A DNA stretch of 64,000 bases from an uncultured Candidatus Saccharibacteria bacterium. Its GTDB lineage: Bacteria; Patescibacteriota; WWE3; 2-01-FULL-39-13. A model generated the notes under the pieces. It had not been told where the DNA came from. It made no database searches and was given only the letters and a program-made list of their open reading frames with translations. Location: NCBI GenBank assembly GCA_965230915.1, contig OZ246395.1, positions 728,935 through 792,934 of the forward strand, read 5' to 3'. Below are positions 55,794 to 64,000 of this stretch, piece after piece. Every line of letters starts with the position of its first letter. Positions within the stretch are counted from its first letter, which is position 1. The position numbers and the translations under genes are program-made.

Positions 55794-56264
55794 TTACCAC
55801 TTAAAGTGAGAGAAAGCCTTATTGGCCTCTGCCATTCTAATGGTATCTAGTTTCTTTTTGATTGCAGAGCCTTCGTTATTGTAAGCATTTTTAATTTCAG
55901 TTACTAAACGATCTGCAAATGGTCTTCCTTTCGATGCTCTTGCAGCGTCGATTAACCATCTCATTGCTAAAGTTTCAGCTCTATCATGTCTGACTGGAAC
56001 TGGAATCTGGTAGTTTGCTCCACCGACTCTACGACTTCTAACTTCCAGTTCTGGCATCAAGTTCTTGATAGCTTCTTCGAAAAATCTTCGAGATTCTTTA
56101 GGATCATCGTTTCCAACTTTATCTAATGATTCGTAAACGATTTTGCGAGCAATAGATTTCTTTCCATCGTACATAACCATGCTAATAAGCTTGCTTACTA
56201 CTCTAGACTTAAATTTTGCGTCAGGTTCTTTTGGTTGTTTATTAATTGGTTTACCTCTTGCCAT
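55794..56264 (-). CDS. rpsG: 30S ribosomal protein S7
   Basis: Conserved S7 sequence and position after rpsL. Confidence 0.93.
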   Translation of the reverse strand: MARGKPINKQPKEPDAKFKSRVVSKLISMVMYDGKKSIARKIVYESLDKVGNDDPKESRRFFEEAIKNLMPELEVRSRRVGGANYQIPVPVRHDRAETLAMRWLIDAARASKGRPFADRLVTEIKNAYNNEGSAIKKKLDTIRMAEANKAFSHFKW

Positions 56265-56270
56265 TTTTTA

Positions 56271-56693
56271 TTATGCTTTTGGAGCAGATGGTTTCTTTGT
56301 TCCATACAATGAGCGGCCATTTGATCTGCCGTTGACTCCTTGTAGGTCGAAAGTTCCACGAACTATTGTATAACGTACTCCAGGAAGATCTTTAACTCTT
56401 CCTCCTCTTACTAAAACAACAGAGTGTTCTTGTAAGTTATGGCCTTCGCCAGGAATATAAGCAGTTACTTCTCTGTTATTTGAAAGTCTGACTCTAGCGA
56501 TCTTTCGAAGTGCTGAGTTAGGCTTCTTTGGAGAAGTGGTTCTAACGCTCAAGCAAACTCCTCTTTTGAAAGGAGAATTTGTCTCGACGTATCTTCTCTT
56601 TTTAGAGTTATACATCACGGACAATGCTGGGGTCGAAGCCTTGCTTTTTAATCTTTTTCTTCCTTTTCTTACTAATTGGTTTACTGTTGGCAT
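56271..56693 (-). CDS. rpsL: 30S ribosomal protein S12
   Basis: [12 protein letters not shown] start, conserved [10 protein letters not shown]. The start was trimmed to the conserved MPT, which resolves the overlap with rpoC. Confidence 0.95.
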   Translation of the reverse strand: MPTVNQLVRKGRKRLKSKASTPALSVMYNSKKRRYVETNSPFKRGVCLSVRTTSPKKPNSALRKIARVRLSNNREVTAYIPGEGHNLQEHSVVLVRGGRVKDLPGVRYTIVRGTFDLQGVNGRSNGRSLYGTKKPSAPKA

Positions 56694-56694
56694 C

Positions 56695-59600
56695 TTATTC
56701 TTCTCCCTCACTAATTCTTGCGTCTTCTCCTACTGGGATTCGACGACCAATTATGACATTTTCTTTCAAACCAATCAACTCGTCTACACTTCCAGATATT
56801 GCACTGTCAGTAAGAACGCTAGCTGTTTCTTCGAATGAAGCAGCATCTAACCAGCTTTCAGACATTCTTGAAACCTTAGAAATACCAAGAAGTACTGGTT
56901 TTGCTTCGGCTTTTTGGCCTCCAAGCTCAGTAGCATGCATGTTTTCTTTCTCAATCTTATAGGTTGTTACGATATCTCCTGGTAGTAAGTTAGTGTCTCC
57001 AGCTGTCTTAACTTTGACTCTGTTAAACATTTGGCGGACGATAACTTCGATGTGTTTGTCATCGATAGATACTCCTTGTGATCCATAAACTGCCTGAACT
57101 TCATCTACGATGTAAAGCTGTGTTTCACGAGCTCCACGTGTCTTGTAGATATCTTGTAAGTTTAACGAACCTTCTGTTAATCTGGTTCCTTCAGATACTA
57201 GATCCCCTGATTGAACTACTAATTCTACGGTTGGATCCAATTTAATGATTTGATCTTCGATATCTTTATCATCTGACTCGATTACAAGTTTGATATGATC
57301 TTCCTCTTCGTCGATAATAACTTTTCCGGTTACCATTGCGATCACACCTTCGCTCTTAGGCTTACGTACTTCGAATAATTCTTCGATACGAGGCAAACCT
57401 TGAGTAATGTTTTGAGCAGCAATACCTCCAGAGTGGAAGGTCTTCATTGTAAGCTGTGTTCCAGGTTCTCCAATTGATTGAGCTGCAACAATACCTACTG
57501 CTGATCCAACTTTTACTGACTGGTCAGTAGAAAGATCGGTTCCATAACATTTTGCACAAGTTCCATATTTAGTCTTGCAAGCAAGTACCGATCTAATTTT
57601 GACGTGATCTAAAGTAGATTCGTTTACAGCTTTTGCAACTTCTGCGCTAATTATTTCCCCTTTCTTTGTTAAAGTTTCACCGTTTACCACAACGTCTTCC
57701 ATTGCGTATCTTCCGGTTAATCTCTTGTACCATGGATTCAATAAAGTATCCTGACCTCTTGAGATTATTCTTCCTTCTTTAGTTCCACAGTCTTCCTGAC
57801 GAACCATTACATCTTGAGAAACGTTTACAAGACGGCGGGTTAGATAACCTGCATCAGCAGTTCCAAGACCTTTGTCCATGTATGTTCTACGAACGGCTCT
57901 TCCAGTTAAGAAGTAGTCGAAGCTAGACATACCGTTTGCATAGTTTCCAAGAATCGGAAGGTCTAAGATTTTTCCGAATGGGTCAGCAACTAATCCTTTA
58001 ACCGCTGAAATCTGTCTCATTGATGTTGCAGAAGCTTTACCAGCTCCGGCGGTGATAATGATATTTGCTGGGTTTTCAGCAGTCATATATCCCAAAATAT
58101 TTGAGTCAAATTTTTCGATCGCAGATTCCCATGTTCTTCTTGTAAGCTTGCTCATTTCTGATTTAGTTATAAGACCCATGTTGTAGTTCTGCTCAATTTG
58201 ATTCATTTCGTCAAATCCTGCCTGTAGCACAGCTTCCAAATCAACTGGTTTTACACAGTCGAAAATAGAGATCGAGATACCTGATGTTGTTGAATACTTG
58301 AATCCCAAGTATTTCAAACTGTCGATAAGTTCTACAGTTCTAGCAACTCCGGCCAAATCTAGTGAATCTCTTATCAAATTCTTAACAACTCCTTTTGATA
58401 AAGGTTTATTTATAAATCCTAATTCTTCAGGAATAAAGTTATTTAAAATAACTTGACCTGCAGTTGTTTCGATAATTTTTCCATTTATTTCAGCTCTTAA
58501 GGACTGTCTTAAATGAATAGCATTATTTCCATGAGCTTTTAATACTTCATCTGCATCAGAAAATACTGATTTAGAAGGAGCTATTTCGGTATTAATACTT
58601 GTTAAATAGTAAAGCCCAAGCACCATTTCGTGTGATGGAATAGTCATAACTGATCCATCTGCTGGCTTCAACATATTCTTTGTTGAAATCATTAAATCAT
58701 AAGCTTCTTGAACAGCTTTTTCTGATAAAGGTAAGTGAACAGCCATCTGGTCACCATCGAAGTCAGCGTTAAATCCGGCAACAACAACTGGGTGCAACTC
58801 TATAGCTTTACCATTTGTTAATTTAGGCTTGAAAGCCTGAATGCTCAATCTATGCAATGTAGGAGCACGATTTAGAAGTACTGGTCTTTTTGCGACTAAT
58901 TCTTCTAATATTGTGTAAACTTCTCCTGGTTTTTGATCAAGAACAGTTTTTGCTGTCTTCATATTTGGAGCATAACCACGCGCCATAATTTCACGGATCA
59001 AGAATGGTCTGAATAACTCAAGAGCCATTTCAGTTGGAAGTCCGCATTCGTCCATCTTTAATGAAGGACCAGAAACGATAACGGCACGACCTGAGTAGTC
59101 GACACGTTTTCCAAGCAAGTTTGCTCTAAAGTATCCTTGTTTACCTTTGATTGAATCAGCAAGTGATCTATAAGTCTTTCGATCTCTTGTTCGACTTCTT
59201 CTAACTTTTGAAGAGTCGATAAGAGCATCAACAGCTTCTTGAAGCATACGTTTTTCGTTTCTAACGATAATATCTGGAGCTCCAAGATCTAAAAGTCTTT
59301 TTAGACGATTATTTCTGTTAATAATTCTTCTGTATAAATCATTAAGATCTGATGTTGCAAATCTTCCACCTTCAAGCATAACCATAGGTCTAAGATCTGG
59401 TGGTATAACTGGAAGTTGGGTTACGACCATTGATTTTGGATCGATTCCACCTTTAATAATGTTATCTACAACTTTTAATCTCTTTCTTACTTTATCTGCC
59501 TTTGTTGATTTAGCTGTTACAAGTTCTTCTCGAAGTTCTGTTGCCAATTTGTTGACATCTAATTGCTCAAGAATTGTTTTTACAGCTTCAGCTCCAATTT

Positions 59601-60399
59601 TAGCTTCGCAAAATTCATCTAGGAATTCTTCTAACTCTAGATATTCACGGTCATTCATAACTGTATGAAGTTCGACTTCTTGAAGTTTCTTGAAGATCTT
59701 TCTTACTTCAAATTCAGCTTTTTCTAATCTAGAAGCTTCTTTTGCTCTGATTTCTTCAATCTTATCGTTAGCTTTTGATCTTATAGATTTAGCTTTTGTT
59801 GTTAATTCAGAATCCCATTTATCTTCTGCATCTGGTGAAAGTGACTTAACTTTCTTTTCAGCGTCTTCTGATAAAGTGGCAATTTCATATTCGATATTTT
59901 CCTTTTCTCTGTCTCTTCCTTTTATTATTTGGTCGTCAACAGTTTCTAAAAGATTTTTCTTTGCATCGTAGTCGATATCAGTAATTACGAATGATGAGAA
60001 GTAAATTACTAATTCTAAACTTCTTGGAGCAATTCCTAATAGGGTTGCCAATACTGATGGAATATTCTTGAAAAACCATACGTGAGCAACTGGTGATGCA
60101 AGTTCAATGTGTCCCATTCTTTCTCTTCTAACTTTAGAAGTAGTAACTTGGACTCCACAGCGATCGCAAACAACGCCCTTGTATCTGATTCTCTTATATT
60201 TTCCACAGTAACATTCGTAATCTTTTACAGGTCCGAATATTTTTTCACAGAACAAACCATCCTTTTCTGGTTTGAAAGTTCTGTAGTTAATTGTTTCTGG
60301 TTTTGTAACTTCACCATATGACCAGCTCAATACTTCTTCAGGTGAGGCTAAAGAAATCTTTAAAGCATCTATGTCTCTTAGTTGATTAAGATCTACCAT
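56695..60399 (-). CDS. rpoC: DNA-directed RNA polymerase subunit beta'
   Basis: Zn-finger CDRCGV, catalytic NADFDGD, 1234 aa. Confidence 0.97.
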   Translation of the reverse strand: MVDLNQLRDIDALKISLASPEEVLSWSYGEVTKPETINYRTFKPEKDGLFCEKIFGPVKDYECYCGKYKRIRYKGVVCDRCGVQVTTSKVRRERMGHIELASPVAHVWFFKNIPSVLATLLGIAPRSLELVIYFSSFVITDIDYDAKKNLLETVDDQIIKGRDREKENIEYEIATLSEDAEKKVKSLSPDAEDKWDSELTTKAKSIRSKANDKIEEIRAKEASRLEKAEFEVRKIFKKLQEVELHTVMNDREYLELEEFLDEFCEAKIGAEAVKTILEQLDVNKLATELREELVTAKSTKADKVRKRLKVVDNIIKGGIDPKSMVVTQLPVIPPDLRPMVMLEGGRFATSDLNDLYRRIINRNNRLKRLLDLGAPDIIVRNEKRMLQEAVDALIDSSKVRRSRTRDRKTYRSLADSIKGKQGYFRANLLGKRVDYSGRAVIVSGPSLKMDECGLPTEMALELFRPFLIREIMARGYAPNMKTAKTVLDQKPGEVYTILEELVAKRPVLLNRAPTLHRLSIQAFKPKLTNGKAIELHPVVVAGFNADFDGDQMAVHLPLSEKAVQEAYDLMISTKNMLKPADGSVMTIPSHEMVLGLYYLTSINTEIAPSKSVFSDADEVLKAHGNNAIHLRQSLRAEINGKIIETTAGQVILNNFIPEELGFINKPLSKGVVKNLIRDSLDLAGVARTVELIDSLKYLGFKYSTTSGISISIFDCVKPVDLEAVLQAGFDEMNQIEQNYNMGLITKSEMSKLTRRTWESAIEKFDSNILGYMTAENPANIIITAGAGKASATSMRQISAVKGLVADPFGKILDLPILGNYANGMSSFDYFLTGRAVRRTYMDKGLGTADAGYLTRRLVNVSQDVMVRQEDCGTKEGRIISRGQDTLLNPWYKRLTGRYAMEDVVVNGETLTKKGEIISAEVAKAVNESTLDHVKIRSVLACKTKYGTCAKCYGTDLSTDQSVKVGSAVGIVAAQSIGEPGTQLTMKTFHSGGIAAQNITQGLPRIEELFEVRKPKSEGVIAMVTGKVIIDEEEDHIKLVIESDDKDIEDQIIKLDPTVELVVQSGDLVSEGTRLTEGSLNLQDIYKTRGARETQLYIVDEVQAVYGSQGVSIDDKHIEVIVRQMFNRVKVKTAGDTNLLPGDIVTTYKIEKENMHATELGGQKAEAKPVLLGISKVSRMSESWLDAASFEETASVLTDSAISGSVDELIGLKENVIIGRRIPVGEDARISEGEE

Positions 60400-60400
60400 T

Positions 60401-63400
60401 TTATTGATCCTCCATAGGACCTTCGTCCGAACTATCTACTAAATTTGCGTCTTCGTCTGTTTTACCAAATTCATCGTCTAAATCTTCTGCGTCATCCTTT
60501 TCTTCTTCTACATCTTCATCATCGACTGGATCTTCAGGCATATCTTCTGGATCGATAACAACTGCTTCTTCATCTAATAACGCATCGATATCACCCGAAT
60601 CTCTTCTATCGCCACCACCTGTTCCGATTGGTGTAATAGCAAGAATCAATCCATTTAATTGACGTACTAAAAGTTTGAATGACTCTGGAACATGTGATTC
60701 CGGAATCGGCAATCCTTTAATAATTGACTGGAATGCAACATATCTTCCTTTAATATCGTCTGATTTAATTGTTAGCATTTCGTGTAACAATTCTGCAGCT
60801 CCATATGCTTCAAGAGCCCAAACTTCCATTTCTCCAAATCTCTGCCCTCCTTGCTGAGCTTTACCTCCGAGAGGCTGCTGAGTGATAAGTGAGTATGGAC
60901 CTGTTGAACGGGCATGGATCTTTTCTTCGGCCATATGGTGCAATTTATAGATATAAATTGTTCCGACAGCGACTTCTTGATCAAATGGCTCGCCATTTGT
61001 TCCGTCATAAAGAATAGTTTTTCCGTGCTCTGGAAGTCCAGCAGCTTTAAGTTCACTTGCGATTATTTCGCGAGAAACTTTAGTAAATGGATTAATTGCA
61101 TATTTTGTTCCTGATTTGTAACCGGCCCATCCTAAGTGAGATTCAAGAATGTTACCGATGTTCATACGACCAAGAATTGAAGCTGGCGAAATGATAACGT
61201 CAACAGTTGTTCCATCTGCCAAATGTGGCATATCTTCTTCCGCAACGATTTTCGCGATAACTCCTTTCTGACCATGTCTATTTGAAAGTTTGTCTCCGGT
61301 TGTGATTCTTCTGTATTCAGCAACTTTTACATTAACTTCCTGTAGGACACCTTTGGCCATTTGTTCTTTGTCTTTTGGTGTTAAAACACTTACTCCGATA
61401 ACAACTCCTGATCTACCGTGCTGTAATCTTAATGAGTTATCTCTAACTTCTTGAATCTTTTCTCCAAATACAGCTCTTAAAAGTCTTTCTTCTGCTGACA
61501 ATTCTGATTGTCCTTTAGGCGCAATCTTACCGACAAGAATGTCTCCAGCTTTTACCTGTGAACCGATCGCAACGATACCATCAGTTCCAAGATTTCTTAA
61601 TGAATCTTCTGAAACGTTAGGAATATCATTTGTCAAAAGTTCTGGTCCAAGCTTGGTTTCCATAACTTGTAATGTGTAATCTGAAATGTTGATTGAAGAT
61701 AAAAGATCTTCTTTAACAACACGGTCTGACAAAATGAAAGCGTCTTCAAAGTTAAACCCTTTGTAGCTCATATAGGCGACACGAAGGTTTGTTCCAAGTG
61801 CCAGCTCTCCATTTCTTGATGAAGGACCTTCAGCTAATAGATCACCTTTTTTGACTTTATCGCCAGTTTTTACAGTTGGAACCTGTGTGTAACAAGAATC
61901 CATGTTTGACTGCACAAAGTTGATAAGGTTGTATTCGTATTTGCCTTTTTTACCTACTAATACGATCCTAGTAGCATCTGCAAAATCGATTGTTCCAGCT
62001 TCTTCTGCACGAATTGTTAATCCTGCGCTGTCAGACATGTATTCTTCTAAACCTGTACCGATAATTGGCTCTTCTGGTTTAACAAGTGGAACTGCCTGTG
62101 ATGATTGTTGTGCAGTAATAAGAGCACGAGCAACGTCATCATTAGCAATAAATGGAATTAATGCTGTTGAAGCTCCAAGAATTTGCTGTGGAGCAATTTC
62201 GATGTAGTCAGCCATTTCTGTAGCTGCCATAAAGAATTCTCCAGCTTTTCTCATTGGGATTCTTTCTGATTTTATAAATCCTTTGTCGTCGATTTCGATA
62301 TCTCCACCAGCTACTGCAACATTGTCTTCATCGTAAGCAGCTAAGTAGTCGATTTTGTCTGTTACTCTGACTTTTCCGTCTTTTTTCTCGAGCTTTGCAT
62401 ATGGAGTTTCGATGAATCCAAATTTATTTACACGAGCGTAAAGCGCTAAGTAAGTAACAAGACCGATGTTTCCTCCTTCTGGAGATCTAATAACGTCGAT
62501 TTTTCCGTAGTGGCTTGGGTGAGCATCACGAACAAAGTAGCTTGCGCGTTCTCTGGTTAATCCACCTTTACCCATAACTGATAAACGTCTTTTGTGGTCT
62601 AAAGCATCTAGTGGATTAAATTCACCCAATAATTGAGCCAATTGTCCTGATGACAAGAAAGAAATAATTCTTGCAGATACTGGTCTTGGTGAAATCAAAG
62701 CTGTTGGAGCTGGCAATTTTTCTCTTGGTTGAAGCGCCATCTTTTCACGAGCTAATCTTTCTAATTGATAGAAGCCGTATCTCATTTCTGACTGTAGAAG
62801 TTCTCCTACTGATCTTATTCTTCTATTTGCTAAGTTATCAATATCATCTCTATGGTAACCCTCATCTCTTTGACCAAGATGAACTATATATTTTATAATT
62901 TCGACCAAATCTTGCTTCTGTAATCCCCAGTATTTTTCTTCGTTTGGAAGATCGATTCCAAGTTTTTTGTTAACTTTGAATCTTCCGACATCTCCGAGAG
63001 AATATCTCTTTGAATTGAAGAACATGTTGTCGATAAGAGCCTGAGCTCCATCTAAAACAGCTGGTTCTCCAGGTCTCATATTCTTGTAAATTTGAAGTAC
63101 AGCTTCGTTGTAGTTGGTTGAAGGGTCTTTATCCAATGTTCTTGTGATCATTGAATTTGTGACATCTTTAACGTCTTTTTCGAAAGCTTTTAAAATTTCT
63201 TCGTTGGTTTCTAAACCGAAGACTCTTAATAGGGTTGTTATTGGGAATTTTCTTTTTCTATCAATTCTTACGCTAATAACACCATGTTTATTAGTTTCAA
63301 TATCAATCCAGGCTCCGGTCTTTGGCAAAATTTTCGCACTTGGAAGAGCAGCTCCTGACGGATCTTCTTCAACATCAAAAAACACGCCTTGTGCGCGTGC

Positions 63401-63781
63401 TAATTGGTTAATAACAACTTTTGGAACTCCGTTAACGATGAAAACTCCGTCGTCGGTCATTATAGGGAAATCTCCCATATAAATCTCTTCGCGCTTTTCT
63501 TGCTTGGTTCCAACTTTAGTTAAAGTTGCGGTTATATACCAAGGAGCATCGTAAGACAAACCTTTTTCGTTAGCGTCTGCTACGGTTCGATTTGGTTTAT
63601 CGACTCTTGGATTACTAAATGATAACGCCCAGCCTCTGCCGGTTGTATCGTGGATTTCGCCAACTTCTCGAAGGGTTTCATTTATGCCCTCTTTTATGAG
63701 CCAGTTGAAGGAATCTAATTGTATTGTTATTGGGTTTGGCAGTGGGAATTCGACGTTTGGTTTAGAGAAGGATTTTCTCAT
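60401..63781 (-). CDS. rpoB: DNA-directed RNA polymerase subunit beta
   Basis: Conserved rpoB blocks throughout. 1126 aa with an acidic C-terminal tail. Confidence 0.97.
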   Translation of the reverse strand: MRKSFSKPNVEFPLPNPITIQLDSFNWLIKEGINETLREVGEIHDTTGRGWALSFSNPRVDKPNRTVADANEKGLSYDAPWYITATLTKVGTKQEKREEIYMGDFPIMTDDGVFIVNGVPKVVINQLARAQGVFFDVEEDPSGAALPSAKILPKTGAWIDIETNKHGVISVRIDRKRKFPITTLLRVFGLETNEEILKAFEKDVKDVTNSMITRTLDKDPSTNYNEAVLQIYKNMRPGEPAVLDGAQALIDNMFFNSKRYSLGDVGRFKVNKKLGIDLPNEEKYWGLQKQDLVEIIKYIVHLGQRDEGYHRDDIDNLANRRIRSVGELLQSEMRYGFYQLERLAREKMALQPREKLPAPTALISPRPVSARIISFLSSGQLAQLLGEFNPLDALDHKRRLSVMGKGGLTRERASYFVRDAHPSHYGKIDVIRSPEGGNIGLVTYLALYARVNKFGFIETPYAKLEKKDGKVRVTDKIDYLAAYDEDNVAVAGGDIEIDDKGFIKSERIPMRKAGEFFMAATEMADYIEIAPQQILGASTALIPFIANDDVARALITAQQSSQAVPLVKPEEPIIGTGLEEYMSDSAGLTIRAEEAGTIDFADATRIVLVGKKGKYEYNLINFVQSNMDSCYTQVPTVKTGDKVKKGDLLAEGPSSRNGELALGTNLRVAYMSYKGFNFEDAFILSDRVVKEDLLSSINISDYTLQVMETKLGPELLTNDIPNVSEDSLRNLGTDGIVAIGSQVKAGDILVGKIAPKGQSELSAEERLLRAVFGEKIQEVRDNSLRLQHGRSGVVIGVSVLTPKDKEQMAKGVLQEVNVKVAEYRRITTGDKLSNRHGQKGVIAKIVAEEDMPHLADGTTVDVIISPASILGRMNIGNILESHLGWAGYKSGTKYAINPFTKVSREIIASELKAAGLPEHGKTILYDGTNGEPFDQEVAVGTIYIYKLHHMAEEKIHARSTGPYSLITQQPLGGKAQQGGQRFGEMEVWALEAYGAAELLHEMLTIKSDDIKGRYVAFQSIIKGLPIPESHVPESFKLLVRQLNGLILAITPIGTGGGDRRDSGDIDALLDEEAVVIDPEDMPEDPVDDEDVEEEKDDAEDLDDEFGKTDEDANLVDSSDEGPMEDQ

Positions 63782-64000
63782 TTATATTTATTGGTAGCAC
63801 CTAAATACTGAATAAAATGCCTAAAAATAGCTACTTTTTGGGCACTTTGTCCGCACGGAAAATTGCGTGGATACGCACTAACACACATAAAAGACAACAA
63901 CGAGCATATATCAGCCCGCTATTTTATTTAGCTTTTTTGATGAATCTTTTATCTACGTCAGTGCTACCTTACGCGTACGCAAATATAACAACACATACCT

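Noticed and set aside
934-63482. Numerous 60-190-aa ORFs on the opposite strand of, or nested within, confident genes (e.g. 934..1191, 2911..3213, 4731..5482, 14080..14736, 30581..31411, 42124..42684, 45495..46444, 59459..59971, 62671..63482)
   Set aside because: - They are antisense or overlapping frames inside conserved genes (EF-G, rpoB/C, r-proteins, A2M, helicase).
- They have low-complexity translations and no motifs.
- Regarded as spurious.
1-64000. CRISPR arrays, transposases or integrases
   Set aside because: - No regularly spaced direct repeats.
- No DDE/HUH transposase or tyrosine/serine recombinase signatures were seen in any frame.

Overview
The window reads as a low-GC bacterial genome, roughly 32-45% G+C by eye. 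I infer a Candidate Phyla Radiation / Patescibacteria-like lineage: rpmD (L30) is absent between rpsE and rplO, S14 is the Zn-ribbon type-Z form, both tRNAs encode their CCA, and there are many secreted or membrane-anchored hypotheticals plus one giant surface protein. This lineage call is inference from these hallmarks only.

The right half, about 33.3-63.8 kb on the minus strand, is an almost complete ribosomal superoperon: rpoB-rpoC-rpsL-rpsG, then fusA-tuf-S10 through spc and alpha to rplM-rpsI. It includes secY, adk, map, infA and rpmJ. A 2.6-kb block (radC, a yhaM-like HD exonuclease and two small GC-rich ORFs) is inserted between rpsG and fusA. A YbaB/EbfC gene sits between secY and adk. 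A conserved hairpin-containing motif recurs three times, just upstream of rplC, rplB and rpsE.

The left half, 0-33 kb, is accessory-like. It carries tRNA/rRNA modification enzymes (miaA, miaB-like, RsmB-family, Dus, a CsaA-like tRNA-binding protein), mscL, NUDIX, MATE, GT4, a standalone 5'-3' exonuclease, PduO, HhH-GPD glycosylase and a DEAH/RHA helicase with a proline-rich repeat tail.

The most unusual gene is a 1786-aa alpha-2-macroglobulin homolog with a CMEQ thioester and TM anchors at both ends. A complete Hint (intein-like) domain sits exactly where the protease bait region should be, and its +1 residue is Gln, so it looks like a BIL-type self-processing domain. This gene is translationally coupled to a signal-anchored MEMO1-family protein.

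Other notable items:
- A DCD (PUA-like modified-base reader) protein fused to a Vsr/DUF559-like nuclease-like domain lies 5 nt from tRNA-Ser.
- A GT4 glycosyltransferase sits in an operon with a membrane-anchored CX3C-rich mini-protein and two GC-rich mini-ORFs.
- Several small orphan ORFs have elevated GC, each followed by its own terminator-like hairpin.
- No CRISPR array, integrase or transposase is visible.
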